From Deltaproteobacteria bacterium (lineage in GTDB: Bacteria; Myxococcota; Kuafuiibacteriia; Kuafuiibacteriales; Kuafuiibacteriaceae): DNA of 36,901 nucleotides. Below are positions 8,371-16,874 of the stretch, piece by piece. A model generated the notes under the pieces. That model searched no databases. It saw only the letters and a program-made list of their open reading frames with translations, and was not told the DNA's origin. Within the stretch, counting starts at the first letter, position 1; each line of letters opens with the position of its first letter. The stretch is taken from positions 1 to 36,901 of the forward strand of contig JAVJQW010000030.1 in assembly GCA_040218735.1 (NCBI GenBank). Reading direction: 5' to 3'. Made by a program: the position numbers and the translations under genes.

Positions 8371-10350
8371 TTGAGCGATCACGAGACCGAACTCGGCCAA
8401 CTCATCGAACGGCGCTTGAGCCGTCGTAGCCTCCTGAAGGGCCTGTCCATGGTCGCGGCGGGGGCTGCGCTCCCGCTACGCGAAGCGGCGGCGGCCGAGC
8501 GTTCGTCGCTCGGGTTCTCGGCGCTGCCGCTCACGTTCGACACGACGCACCACGTGGCGCCCGGCTACCGCGCGGACCGCCTGATCTCCTGGGGCGACCC
8601 GGTCCTCGCGACCGCGCCGAAGTACGACTTCACGGCGCAGTCGGCGGCGCGGCAGGCCGGTCAGTTCGGCTACAACAACGACTTCACGGCGTACCTCCCG
8701 CTCGACGGCTCGCGGCGCGGTCTGCTGTGCGTGAACCACGAGTACACCGACCCGCAGCTGATGTTCCCGGGCATGGACCGGAAGAACGCGGTCGAGAAGG
8801 TCACCGAGGCGCAGGCGCGCACGGAGATGGAGGCGCACGGCCACACGATCGTCGAAGTCGTGAAGACGAAGCGCGGCTGGACGACGAACCCCGAGGGCAA
8901 GCTCAACCGGCGCATCACCGCGACGACCCCGTGCGCGGTGGCGGGCCCGGCGGCGGGGCACCGGCGCATGAAGACCCCCGACGATCCGACCGGGCGACGG
9001 GTGATCGGCACGTTCGCGAACTGCAGCGGCGGGACGACGCCGTGGGGCACGGTGCTCACGGCCGAGGAGAACATCGACTTCTACTTCACCAACACGCCGA
9101 AGACCGAGCAGAAGAACCACGAACGCTACGGCATCGCGAAGCTGACCCTGTTCGCGTGGCACAAGTGGGAGCGCCGGTTCCGCCTCGACGAGGCGCCCAA
9201 CGAGCCGAACCGACACGGGTGGCTGGTGGAGATCGATCCGCGCGACCCGACGGCGGCGCCGGTGAAGCGCACCGCGCTCGGGCGCTTCGCGCACGAGTCG
9301 GGGACGGTGACGCTCAACTACGACAACCGCGTGGTGGTGTACTCGGGCGACGACAAACGCTTCGAGTACCTCTACCGCTACGTGTCGAACCACGCGTACG
9401 ACCCGGCGAAGCCGGAGCGGAACAAGACGCTGCTCAACGAAGGTGTCCTGTCGGTCGCTAAGTTCCACGACGACGGGACCGTCGAGTGGCTCCCCCTCGT
9501 GCACGGGCGCGGGCCGCTCGTGGCGAAGAACGGGTTCTCGGATCAGGGAGACGTGGTCATCGAGGCGCGTCGCGCGGCGGACCTCGTGGGCGCGACGCAG
9601 ATGGACCGTCCGGAGGACGTCGGCGTCGAGGAGACGACCGGGCGTGTGTACGTCGCGCTGACGAACAACGACCGCCGCGAGACGCCGAACGCCGCGAACC
9701 CGCGTAAGAAGAACAACCACGGCCACATCGTGGAGCTGACGGTGCCGCGCCGTAACGGCGGCTTCGATCATGCTTCGCCGATGGTGGGCTGGGGGCTGTT
9801 CCTCCTGGGCCAGGACCCGACGGACAAGGCGACGCCGCGCGCGAAGTACATCGCCGCGGCGGCCCCGCCGTCGACGGCGCTCGGCCTGCTCGCGCTCGGC
9901 GCGAACCGCAACGGCGTCGACAAACTCCTCGACGACGGAGAGCGCTTGCTCGGGAAGAAACGCGGCGAGGTCGGCGGGCACTTCACCGAGGACGGCGTCC
10001 TGTCGTGCCCGGACAACTTCGCGTTCGATCCGTCCGGCCGCCTGTGGATCACGACGGACGGTCAGGACAAGGTCGGCGTCGCGGACTCGATCTACGCGAC
10101 CGACACGTCGGGGCCGGGCCGCGCGAAGGCGCGCCGGTTCTTCAACGCGCCGCGCGGCGCGGAGGTGTCGGGGCCGTCGTTCACGCCGGACGGCAAGACG
10201 CTGTTTTTGTGTGTGCAGCACCCGGCGCAGGAGCGCACGTCGACCTTCGACGCGCCGAGCACCCGCTGGCCCGACTTCGTGGACGGCGCGCCGCCGCGCC
10301 CGAGTGTCATGGCGATCGAGCGCGAGGACGGCGGCGAGGTCGGGAGTTAG
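8371..10350 (+). CDS. phoX: PhoX-type (DUF839) alkaline phosphatase, Tat-exported
   Basis: Twin-arginine SRRSLLK signal; motifs GYNND, VNHEY, NCSGGTTPWGTVLTAEEN, ALGRFAHE, MDRPED, CPDN and VQHP. TTG start with GGAG upstream. Confidence 0.95.
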   Translation: MSDHETELGQLIERRLSRRSLLKGLSMVAAGAALPLREAAAAERSSLGFSALPLTFDTTHHVAPGYRADRLISWGDPVLATAPKYDFTAQSAARQAGQFGYNNDFTAYLPLDGSRRGLLCVNHEYTDPQLMFPGMDRKNAVEKVTEAQARTEMEAHGHTIVEVVKTKRGWTTNPEGKLNRRITATTPCAVAGPAAGHRRMKTPDDPTGRRVIGTFANCSGGTTPWGTVLTAEENIDFYFTNTPKTEQKNHERYGIAKLTLFAWHKWERRFRLDEAPNEPNRHGWLVEIDPRDPTAAPVKRTALGRFAHESGTVTLNYDNRVVVYSGDDKRFEYLYRYVSNHAYDPAKPERNKTLLNEGVLSVAKFHDDGTVEWLPLVHGRGPLVAKNGFSDQGDVVIEARRAADLVGATQMDRPEDVGVEETTGRVYVALTNNDRRETPNAANPRKKNNHGHIVELTVPRRNGGFDHASPMVGWGLFLLGQDPTDKATPRAKYIAAAAPPSTALGLLALGANRNGVDKLLDDGERLLGKKRGEVGGHFTEDGVLSCPDNFAFDPSGRLWITTDGQDKVGVADSIYATDTSGPGRAKARRFFNAPRGAEVSGPSFTPDGKTLFLCVQHPAQERTSTFDAPSTRWPDFVDGAPPRPSVMAIEREDGGEVGS

Positions 10351-10369
10351 GGCCCGTGCGGGACGTTAG

Positions 10370-11977
10370 TCACCCCTCGAACGCGAGACCGAAGAGCACG
10401 GTGACCGGCTCGATCGGGATGATGATCAGGGACGCGGACGTGCTCGAGTACTCGGTCGTCCCCGCGTTGTACGACGGGAACTCCAGGGCGAGGACCGGAC
10501 CGTAGGTCGGCGACACGTCGAGCTCGGCCTCGTCGCTCGTGGCGAGCGAGGTCGTGACGCCCGCGAAGCCGCCGAGCCGAAGCGCGACGCCGGCCTGCTT
10601 GAGATCGCCGGAGTTCATCGCCGAGAAACCTCCGAACGCGAAGGACAGCTCGGCCACCGAGCGCGTCACGAACGACGTCGTCTCGCTGGTGAAGAAGTCC
10701 GTCTCGAAGCTCATGTGGCTCGCGCCGATCGAGAAGTCGGTTGCGAAGTCGATCCCCGCCATCCCGCCGCCGTCCGGGCCGGGCAAAGTTCCGCCGAACA
10801 CGTGCCATCGCCCACCGACCGTGCCCATCAACATCGTGAGGTCGGAGCCGAAGGCGCCTCCGAACGAGAGGCTGAACGCACCGCCCGACACCGCCGACGG
10901 CGGCGCGGGGAGGCGCTCGACCTTCTCCGTCTTCAACGCGAGCGTCGCGCCCCCGCCCGAGAGATCGGCCGAGGACGTGGTGCGCTCGATCGCCGTGACC
11001 GCACCGCTCGCGTCTCGAGTCGTACGAACCTCGCTCTTCTCGAAGGCGACCTCGCCCTCGAGCAGGTCGGGCGACACACTCGAGGTGGTTTGGTGCGAAG
11101 TCGTGGCCGGCGCCGGTTGAGCCGCGGAGGCGGCGAGATCGATGGTCAGCGACATGAGCTTCCCGCTGCGATCCACGTCCACCGTGAGGCGCGTCTGCGT
11201 CCCGATCGCGCGGACGAGGTCCGCACGGGTCGAGACGGGCAGCGCGTCGATCGCGACGATGCGATCCTTCGCGATGAGACCCGCCCGCGCCGCCGGCGAG
11301 CCTTCGACCACGCGCTTGATGACGATCTGGCCCTCGGCGTCCGACACGGCGAGGCCCAACTTCGGCTTGGCGCGGGGCGGCGCGCTCGTCGCCTTCGACA
11401 ACGGAGTGCGCTTCGTCGTCGGTGTCGACTTCGCTGCTTTGGAGGGCGCGCGCTCTCGAGGCGCGATGGGCTCACGCTTCGCGGGGGCTGCGACCGGTTC
11501 GACGGGGACTTCATCGCCGGCCAGCTCGCTCAGCTCGCGCTGCACGAGCTCCGAGAAGAGGCGCATCAGGGCGTCCTCGTCCGCCGCACCGAACAACCGG
11601 GCGACCACACGTTCGGCGCTCGCGAGGCGAACGTGGTAACTCGCCGACGACGCGTCGTCGCCCGCACGGTCGAGCCGCCGGACCACGACCAGCAGGTCGA
11701 CACCCATCCGCGGGAGCGCCGCGATGAGGGCTTCGTTCGGCGCCGACGTCGGGGCGCCTTCGACGAAGGCCGCGACGGCGTCCTCGCTCACCGAGGCCGG
11801 GAGGGCACGTCCGCCGACCCGCGCCACCGCCGCCTCGGCGCCGCGCTGTAGCCCGGCTGCGGCGTCGGGCGTAGCCGACACCACGGCGACGGTGCGCGGA
11901 GCCCCGAGGGCCGTAGCGCCCCAGCAGCACAACGCGAGACCGATGAGGGAGGAATGGAGGGTGTGCCGACTGATCAT
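10370..11977 (-). CDS. Secreted PDZ-domain protein with probable C-terminal beta-barrel-like region
   Basis: Signal peptide MISRHTLHSSLIGLALCCWGATALG. PDZ signature KLGLAV...IKRVVEGSPAARAGLIAKDRIVAID. The Gly/Phe-rich alternating C-terminal strands end ...VLFGLAFEG. Confidence 0.75.
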   Translation of the reverse strand: MISRHTLHSSLIGLALCCWGATALGAPRTVAVVSATPDAAAGLQRGAEAAVARVGGRALPASVSEDAVAAFVEGAPTSAPNEALIAALPRMGVDLLVVVRRLDRAGDDASSASYHVRLASAERVVARLFGAADEDALMRLFSELVQRELSELAGDEVPVEPVAAPAKREPIAPRERAPSKAAKSTPTTKRTPLSKATSAPPRAKPKLGLAVSDAEGQIVIKRVVEGSPAARAGLIAKDRIVAIDALPVSTRADLVRAIGTQTRLTVDVDRSGKLMSLTIDLAASAAQPAPATTSHQTTSSVSPDLLEGEVAFEKSEVRTTRDASGAVTAIERTTSSADLSGGGATLALKTEKVERLPAPPSAVSGGAFSLSFGGAFGSDLTMLMGTVGGRWHVFGGTLPGPDGGGMAGIDFATDFSIGASHMSFETDFFTSETTSFVTRSVAELSFAFGGFSAMNSGDLKQAGVALRLGGFAGVTTSLATSDEAELDVSPTYGPVLALEFPSYNAGTTEYSSTSASLIIIPIEPVTVLFGLAFEG

Positions 11978-12034
11978 CACGCCCCGTCCGTGCGCGGACG
12001 GGGCCGGATCGATCACTGTTTTGCGAGGGGCCCC

Positions 12035-13297
12035 TTACATGAACGAACGGAGCATCGCCTCCAGGCGGGCCGACTGCTTGAAGAGGTCGTGCTCGATGCC
12101 GTTGGCGGAGTCCTGCGGCGACTTGAAGTAGAGCGACAGGCCGTCGACGACGCCGCGCATGTCCTTCTGCTTGCAGAGGTCCATGAACAGCGCGAGGTCG
12201 AGCACCACCGGCGCCGCGAGGATGGAGTCGCGGCACAGGAAGTTCACCTTGATCTGCATCTTGTAGCCCATCCACCCGAGCAGATCGATGTTGTCCCAGC
12301 CTTCCTTCTGGTCGCCGCGCGGCGGGTAGTAGTTGATGCGAACCAGGTGCGACAGGTCGCCGTAGAGCTCGGGGTGCGCCTCCGGCTCGAGGATCTGCTC
12401 GAGCACCGAGAGCTTGCTGACTTCCTTCGTCTTGAAGTTCGCCGGCTCGTCGAGCACGAGGCCGTCGCGGTTGCCGAGGATGTTGGTGGAGAACCACCCC
12501 TCCATCCCGAGCATGCGCGCCTTGAGGCCGGGCGCGAGGATCGTCTTGATCAGCGTCTGCCCCGTCTTGAAGTCCTTGCCGCAGATCGGCGTGCGCGTCT
12601 CGTTCGCGAGCGCGATCGCCGCGGGGGTGTCGACGGTGAGGTTCGGCGAGCCGTTCGCGTACGGCACGCCCTCCTTGAGGCACGCCCAGGCGTAGAGCAT
12701 CGAGCCCGTGATGTTCTCGTCGTCGGCCTTCAGCCCGGCTTCGAACGCGTCGATCGACTGGTGCACCGCGGACGGCTCCACGTAGCGCTCCGTCGAGCCG
12801 CACCACACGGCGACGAGGCGATCGACCCCCATCTTCGCCTTCGCGTCGCGGATGTCCTGGCGGAGCTGATCCACGAGGTCCGCGCGGTTGCCGGTCTTCA
12901 CGAACGACGGCTCGAGGCGCGGGATGTCCTTCTGGAAGAACGCCGCCTTCATCGGGTGCACGGCCGACAGCTCGTCCTTCACCGCTTCGAGGTGATGACG
13001 CTCGAGCACGCCCGCGTTCTGCGCGACCGCGTAGGCGTCGTCCTCACGCACGTCCCAGCCGGCGAACGACAGGTTGTCGAGGTTCGCGATCGGCAGCAGC
13101 TCGGAGATCTTCTTCGGCTTGTCCTCGCCGTCGACCTTCATGGTGCCGAGCTGCGACAGCGATCCGATCGGTACGCCCGCGCCCTTGCGCGCGAGGTGGC
13201 AGCCGGCGATGAACGTCGTCGCGACCGCGCCGAGCCCCGGCAGCAGGACGCCGAGCTTGTCGTTGGAGGTGGAAGGGGGGGTGTTGTCGTTCGCCAA
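12035..13297 (-). CDS. ino1: myo-inositol-1-phosphate synthase
   Basis: GLGAVATT, WCGSTE, YANGSPN, GKDFKTGQT, NILGNRDG, GDQKEGWD and CRDSILAAP motifs. TTG start with GAGAGG SD. Confidence 0.95.
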   Translation of the reverse strand: MANDNTPPSTSNDKLGVLLPGLGAVATTFIAGCHLARKGAGVPIGSLSQLGTMKVDGEDKPKKISELLPIANLDNLSFAGWDVREDDAYAVAQNAGVLERHHLEAVKDELSAVHPMKAAFFQKDIPRLEPSFVKTGNRADLVDQLRQDIRDAKAKMGVDRLVAVWCGSTERYVEPSAVHQSIDAFEAGLKADDENITGSMLYAWACLKEGVPYANGSPNLTVDTPAAIALANETRTPICGKDFKTGQTLIKTILAPGLKARMLGMEGWFSTNILGNRDGLVLDEPANFKTKEVSKLSVLEQILEPEAHPELYGDLSHLVRINYYPPRGDQKEGWDNIDLLGWMGYKMQIKVNFLCRDSILAAPVVLDLALFMDLCKQKDMRGVVDGLSLYFKSPQDSANGIEHDLFKQSARLEAMLRSFM

Positions 13298-13345
13298 ACT
13301 GAACCTCTCTAAGGAGAGGCGAGTACGGCGTCGCCTTACCCCCGG

Positions 13346-15220
13346 TCAAGGAAGATGCGACCCGTTGCCGGCCATCACCAGACGTTCGGACCCATCGAGA
13401 CGGTGACCCCACTTTTTGACCAGCGCGCGGAATTTTTTCCGGGACTTCTTCGGTACACCAAAATGGCGTGCGGCGACCTTCTTGGTCGGGTTGAGGTACT
13501 TCCCGTTCTGCTTCAGCCGGAAGTCGAGGTGCGGCCCGGTGGAGCGCCCCGTCGATCCGACGCGCCCGACGAGCGTGCTCTGCGAGACACGCTGGCCGCG
13601 CTTCACGAGGATCCTCGACAGGTGCAGGTAATAGGACTCGTACCCGCCCGGGTGCCGCACCTTCACCATCTTGCCGTTCGGGCCCTTGCGCGCCGCGAAG
13701 GTCACGACCCCGTCGGCGACCGACTGCACCGGCGTCCCGGTCGGGGCCGCGTAGTCCACGCCGCCGTGGAAGTGTTTGCGCCTCGTGATCGGGTGCGTGC
13801 GGTAGCCGAACGCCGAGCTGATCCGTGTGAACGCGAGGGGTGACTTCAGGAAGGCCTTCTTCGCCGCCTTGCCGTTTTCGTCGTAGTACGCGCCGTCGAG
13901 CTCGAAGAGGCGACGCTCGCCGTACTCCGCCGCGAGGATGCGCCCGTAGCCGACCGTCTCACCTTCGACCTCGTCCTTCTCGACGTACAGGCGGAATCGA
14001 TCGCCCTTGCGGGTCTCGGTGTTGAAGTCGATGTCGTAGCGATAGACGTGCGCGAGCTGCATCGCGAGCGCCGCGCCCTCCCCCGCGTCGATGAACGCCT
14101 GGTACAGCGACGAGCCGACCTCGCCCTCGACGAGCGTCACGACGCGCTCGACCTTCACGTCCTTCTTCTCGGCCACGTACCCGTCGCCGTCGGCGCGCAC
14201 CGTCCACGCGTTCAGCGGCGACGTCTCGTAGACGAACCGCGCGAGCTTCCCGTGGGCCGCCGGCTCGACGACGTAGCGATCGCCGACGCGCGTCTTCGTG
14301 AAGTCGACCTTCCCGGTGAGCGTCGCGAGCGCGCGGTCGATCTCGAGGACGGAGACGCCGGCGCGCTCGAGCACGTCGGCGACGCGCTCACCCGAGCGGA
14401 TCTTGCCGGTGATGGGCGCCGGGGGGCCCTGCACCGCGATCGGGACGACGGGGGGCATCGGGCCGACGTGGGCGTTCGCCGTGAGCGGCTCGAGCGTAGG
14501 CGCGGGCGCCGCGTGAACGGGCGTGAACGGGGCGCCGACGAAGGCGTCCGCGGCGAGCGCGGGGCCGGCGGCGAGGGCCGTGGGGGACGAGGACGAATCC
14601 GTGTCCGTGTCCGTGTCCGAATCCGAATCCGAATCCGAGGCCGTGTCCGAATCCGAATCCGAATCCGAGGCCGTGTCCGAATCCGAATCCGAGGCCGTGT
14701 CCGAATCCGAATCCGAGTCCGAACCCGAGCGCGATACCGATGCGGACGCGAGCTGGAGCGAGGCGGAAGCGGATCGAGCGGCGAATGCGGTCCAGGAATC
14801 GGAGCCTGAGGTGGAATCGGACGCGGCTCGAACGGCGATTGCGGACCCGGAATCGGAGCCCGACGCGGACCCGGATCCGGTCACGGACTCGGTAGCGGAT
14901 CCGGATTCGGTAGCGGATCCGGATCCGGATACGGACTCAGTAACGGAATCGGACTCGGTAACGGATCCGGTCACCGACCCGGATCCGGTCACGGACCCGG
15001 CGCCGGCACGAGCCGCTCGCGCCCCCGTCACCGCCGCCACCGAGGCGCCCCGCTCTACTCCGGATCCATCCCCGGCCGCCGCCTCCGCGGTGCCGTGCGG
15101 GCACGGCGTCGGGTCGTCGCGCATCGCCTTGGTCGCGAGCGTCCCCACCAGGATGCCCGCCAGGAACGGCCACCCCCACTTGCGAGGGCGGCGCGACTCG
15201 GGACGATTCACCAACACCAT
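13346..15220 (-). CDS. MepM-like M23 peptidoglycan endopeptidase with N-terminal TM helix and Ser/Asp/Thr-rich repeat stalk
   Basis: TM WGWPFLAGILVGTLA, followed by OapA/LysM-like and Csd3-like segments. M23 motifs ISSAFGYRTHP, HGGVD, YLHL and STGPHLDF. Confidence 0.92.
   Translation of the reverse strand: MVLVNRPESRRPRKWGWPFLAGILVGTLATKAMRDDPTPCPHGTAEAAAGDGSGVERGASVAAVTGARAARAGAGSVTGSGSVTGSVTESDSVTESVSGSGSATESGSATESVTGSGSASGSDSGSAIAVRAASDSTSGSDSWTAFAARSASASLQLASASVSRSGSDSDSDSDTASDSDSDTASDSDSDSDTASDSDSDSDTDTDTDSSSSPTALAAGPALAADAFVGAPFTPVHAAPAPTLEPLTANAHVGPMPPVVPIAVQGPPAPITGKIRSGERVADVLERAGVSVLEIDRALATLTGKVDFTKTRVGDRYVVEPAAHGKLARFVYETSPLNAWTVRADGDGYVAEKKDVKVERVVTLVEGEVGSSLYQAFIDAGEGAALAMQLAHVYRYDIDFNTETRKGDRFRLYVEKDEVEGETVGYGRILAAEYGERRLFELDGAYYDENGKAAKKAFLKSPLAFTRISSAFGYRTHPITRRKHFHGGVDYAAPTGTPVQSVADGVVTFAARKGPNGKMVKVRHPGGYESYYLHLSRILVKRGQRVSQSTLVGRVGSTGRSTGPHLDFRLKQNGKYLNPTKKVAARHFGVPKKSRKKFRALVKKWGHRLDGSERLVMAGNGSHLP
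14595..14726. repeat. In-frame hexamer tandem repeat (22 units; GAATCC/GTGTCC/GAGGCC) encoding a DS/DT/AS dipeptide tract
   Basis: Counted directly. Encodes GSDSDSDSDTASDSDSDTASDSDSDSDTASDSDSDSDTDTDTDS on the minus strand, with 24-30 bp higher-order units. Confidence 0.95.
14843..14998. repeat. Degenerate 6-bp-period tract encoding 52 aa of (x-S/T)n (GSVT/ESVT/GSAT)
   Basis: Recurring GGATCC/GGACTC/GGTCAC units; every second residue is Ser or Thr. Confidence 0.85.
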
Positions 15221-15315
15221 GTCCTACACGCTCTCACCCCTGGATCGACGGCGCAAAAAATCGGCCGGCGAATGCCTTTGACACCCTGGGCCACCCCTGG
15301 CGATTGGGAGCACCG

Positions 15316-16869
15316 ATGCCCAAGCTGATACCGGTCGAGCGCCTCGCCGACGCCCTCGCCTCCGCGGACTACGACGCCCTCGTCGTCGTCGCGCCTGCCC
15401 CCGAGACCGGGGCGCCGGAGGTCGACCGGGTCCTCGCCGCCGCCGCTGCCGCGGACGCGCAGCTCGCGGGGGGCGTGACCCTGCTCGTCGACGACGCGAT
15501 GCCGAAGAGCCGCCTCGTCTTCAGCGGCACCGGACCCGTCACGCGCGACTACGATGACGTCCGCGCCTTCGGCGACGCCGCGAAGAAGGGCGTGCAGCGC
15601 GCGCGCGACGCCGGTGCGCAGGCGCCGCTGCTGTTCGTGACGGGTGTGCCGAAGGCCCCGGGCTTCGAGCGCACGCTGGACGTCGCGCTCCTCGAGGCCG
15701 CCGGCGGACTGTGGGAGCCGCTCGAAGCACGCGAAGCGCTCGGCTCGCTCGAGACGGAGCCCGTGAGCAAGATCGGGTTCGTCGCTCCGAGCGACGGCGC
15801 CCGCACCGCGGCGCTCGTCACGGCGCTCGAAGCGGGTCGCCGCGCCGCACGCGACGTCACCGGCACGGAGCCCGAGCGCATGACCCCCACGCGCGCCGTC
15901 GAGTACGCGATGGACCTGTTCCGCGGGACGAAGGTGAAGGCCTCGCAGGTCGCCGAGCGGGACAAGCTCCAAGCGGGCTACCCGCTCCTCGACGCCGTCG
16001 CGCGGGCCTCGTACCCCGTCGAGCGGCACCGCCCTCGCGTGCTGCGGCTCGAGTACACCGGCGAAGGTGAAGTCACGCGCAGCTACTTCTTCGCGGGCAA
16101 GGGCGTCGTCTACGACACCGGCGGCGCCGACATCAAAGCCGGCGGCCACATGGCCGGCATGAGCCGCGACAAGGGCGGCGCGGGCGCGGTCGTCGGGTTG
16201 TTCGTCGCGGCGTCGAAGCTCCTCCCCAAGGGGGTGAAGCTCGTCGCCGAGATCGGCTTCGTGCGGAACAGCGTCGGCGCCGACGCGTTTGTCTCCGACG
16301 AGATCATCACCAGCCACGCCGGCGTGCGCGTCCGTATCGGCAACACCGACGCCGAGGGTCGCCTCGTCCTCGCCGACCTCCTCTCGCACCTCCGCGAAGA
16401 GGCGCTCACGGCGAAGGCCCCCGCGCTGTTCTCGGTCGCGACGCTCACCGGCCACGCCGGGCGCGCCGTCGGGCCGTACAGCATCGCGGTCGAGAACGGC
16501 CCCGCGCGCCACGACGGGATCGCGCAGTCGCTCTCGTCGGCGGGCGACACCTGGGCCGACCCCTTCGAGATCACGCGCTCGCGCCGTGAAGACTTCGCGT
16601 TCATCCGTCCGCGGTCGCGCGCCGACGACGTCCTCTCCTGCAACAACGCTGCGTCCAGCGTGACCGCACGCGGGCACCAGTTCCCGATGGCGTTCCTCGC
16701 GATCGCGTCGGGCCTCGACAAACACGGACGCGACGGGCACCCGCCCCTCGCCTACGCGCACCTCGACATCGGCGGCAGCGGCGTCGAAGGCGGCGACTGG
16801 CAGCACGGTCGTCCGACGGCGGCGCCGGTCGTCGCGCTCACCGCCGCGCTCGGGTTGATGGGGGTCTGA
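15316..16869 (+). CDS. M17 leucyl aminopeptidase family protein
   Basis: Metal-binding motifs GKGVVYDTGG-x-DIK, MSRDKGGA, NTDAEGRL, ATLTG and HLDI. GGAG SD before ATG 15316. Confidence 0.93.
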   Translation: MPKLIPVERLADALASADYDALVVVAPAPETGAPEVDRVLAAAAAADAQLAGGVTLLVDDAMPKSRLVFSGTGPVTRDYDDVRAFGDAAKKGVQRARDAGAQAPLLFVTGVPKAPGFERTLDVALLEAAGGLWEPLEAREALGSLETEPVSKIGFVAPSDGARTAALVTALEAGRRAARDVTGTEPERMTPTRAVEYAMDLFRGTKVKASQVAERDKLQAGYPLLDAVARASYPVERHRPRVLRLEYTGEGEVTRSYFFAGKGVVYDTGGADIKAGGHMAGMSRDKGGAGAVVGLFVAASKLLPKGVKLVAEIGFVRNSVGADAFVSDEIITSHAGVRVRIGNTDAEGRLVLADLLSHLREEALTAKAPALFSVATLTGHAGRAVGPYSIAVENGPARHDGIAQSLSSAGDTWADPFEITRSRREDFAFIRPRSRADDVLSCNNAASSVTARGHQFPMAFLAIASGLDKHGRDGHPPLAYAHLDIGGSGVEGGDWQHGRPTAAPVVALTAALGLMGV

Positions 16870-16874
16870 TTCGA

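Noticed and set aside
14048-15281. Plus-strand ORFs with (RI)n and (ES)n repeats
   Set aside because: These are alternative frames of the hexamer tract within the minus-strand M23 gene.
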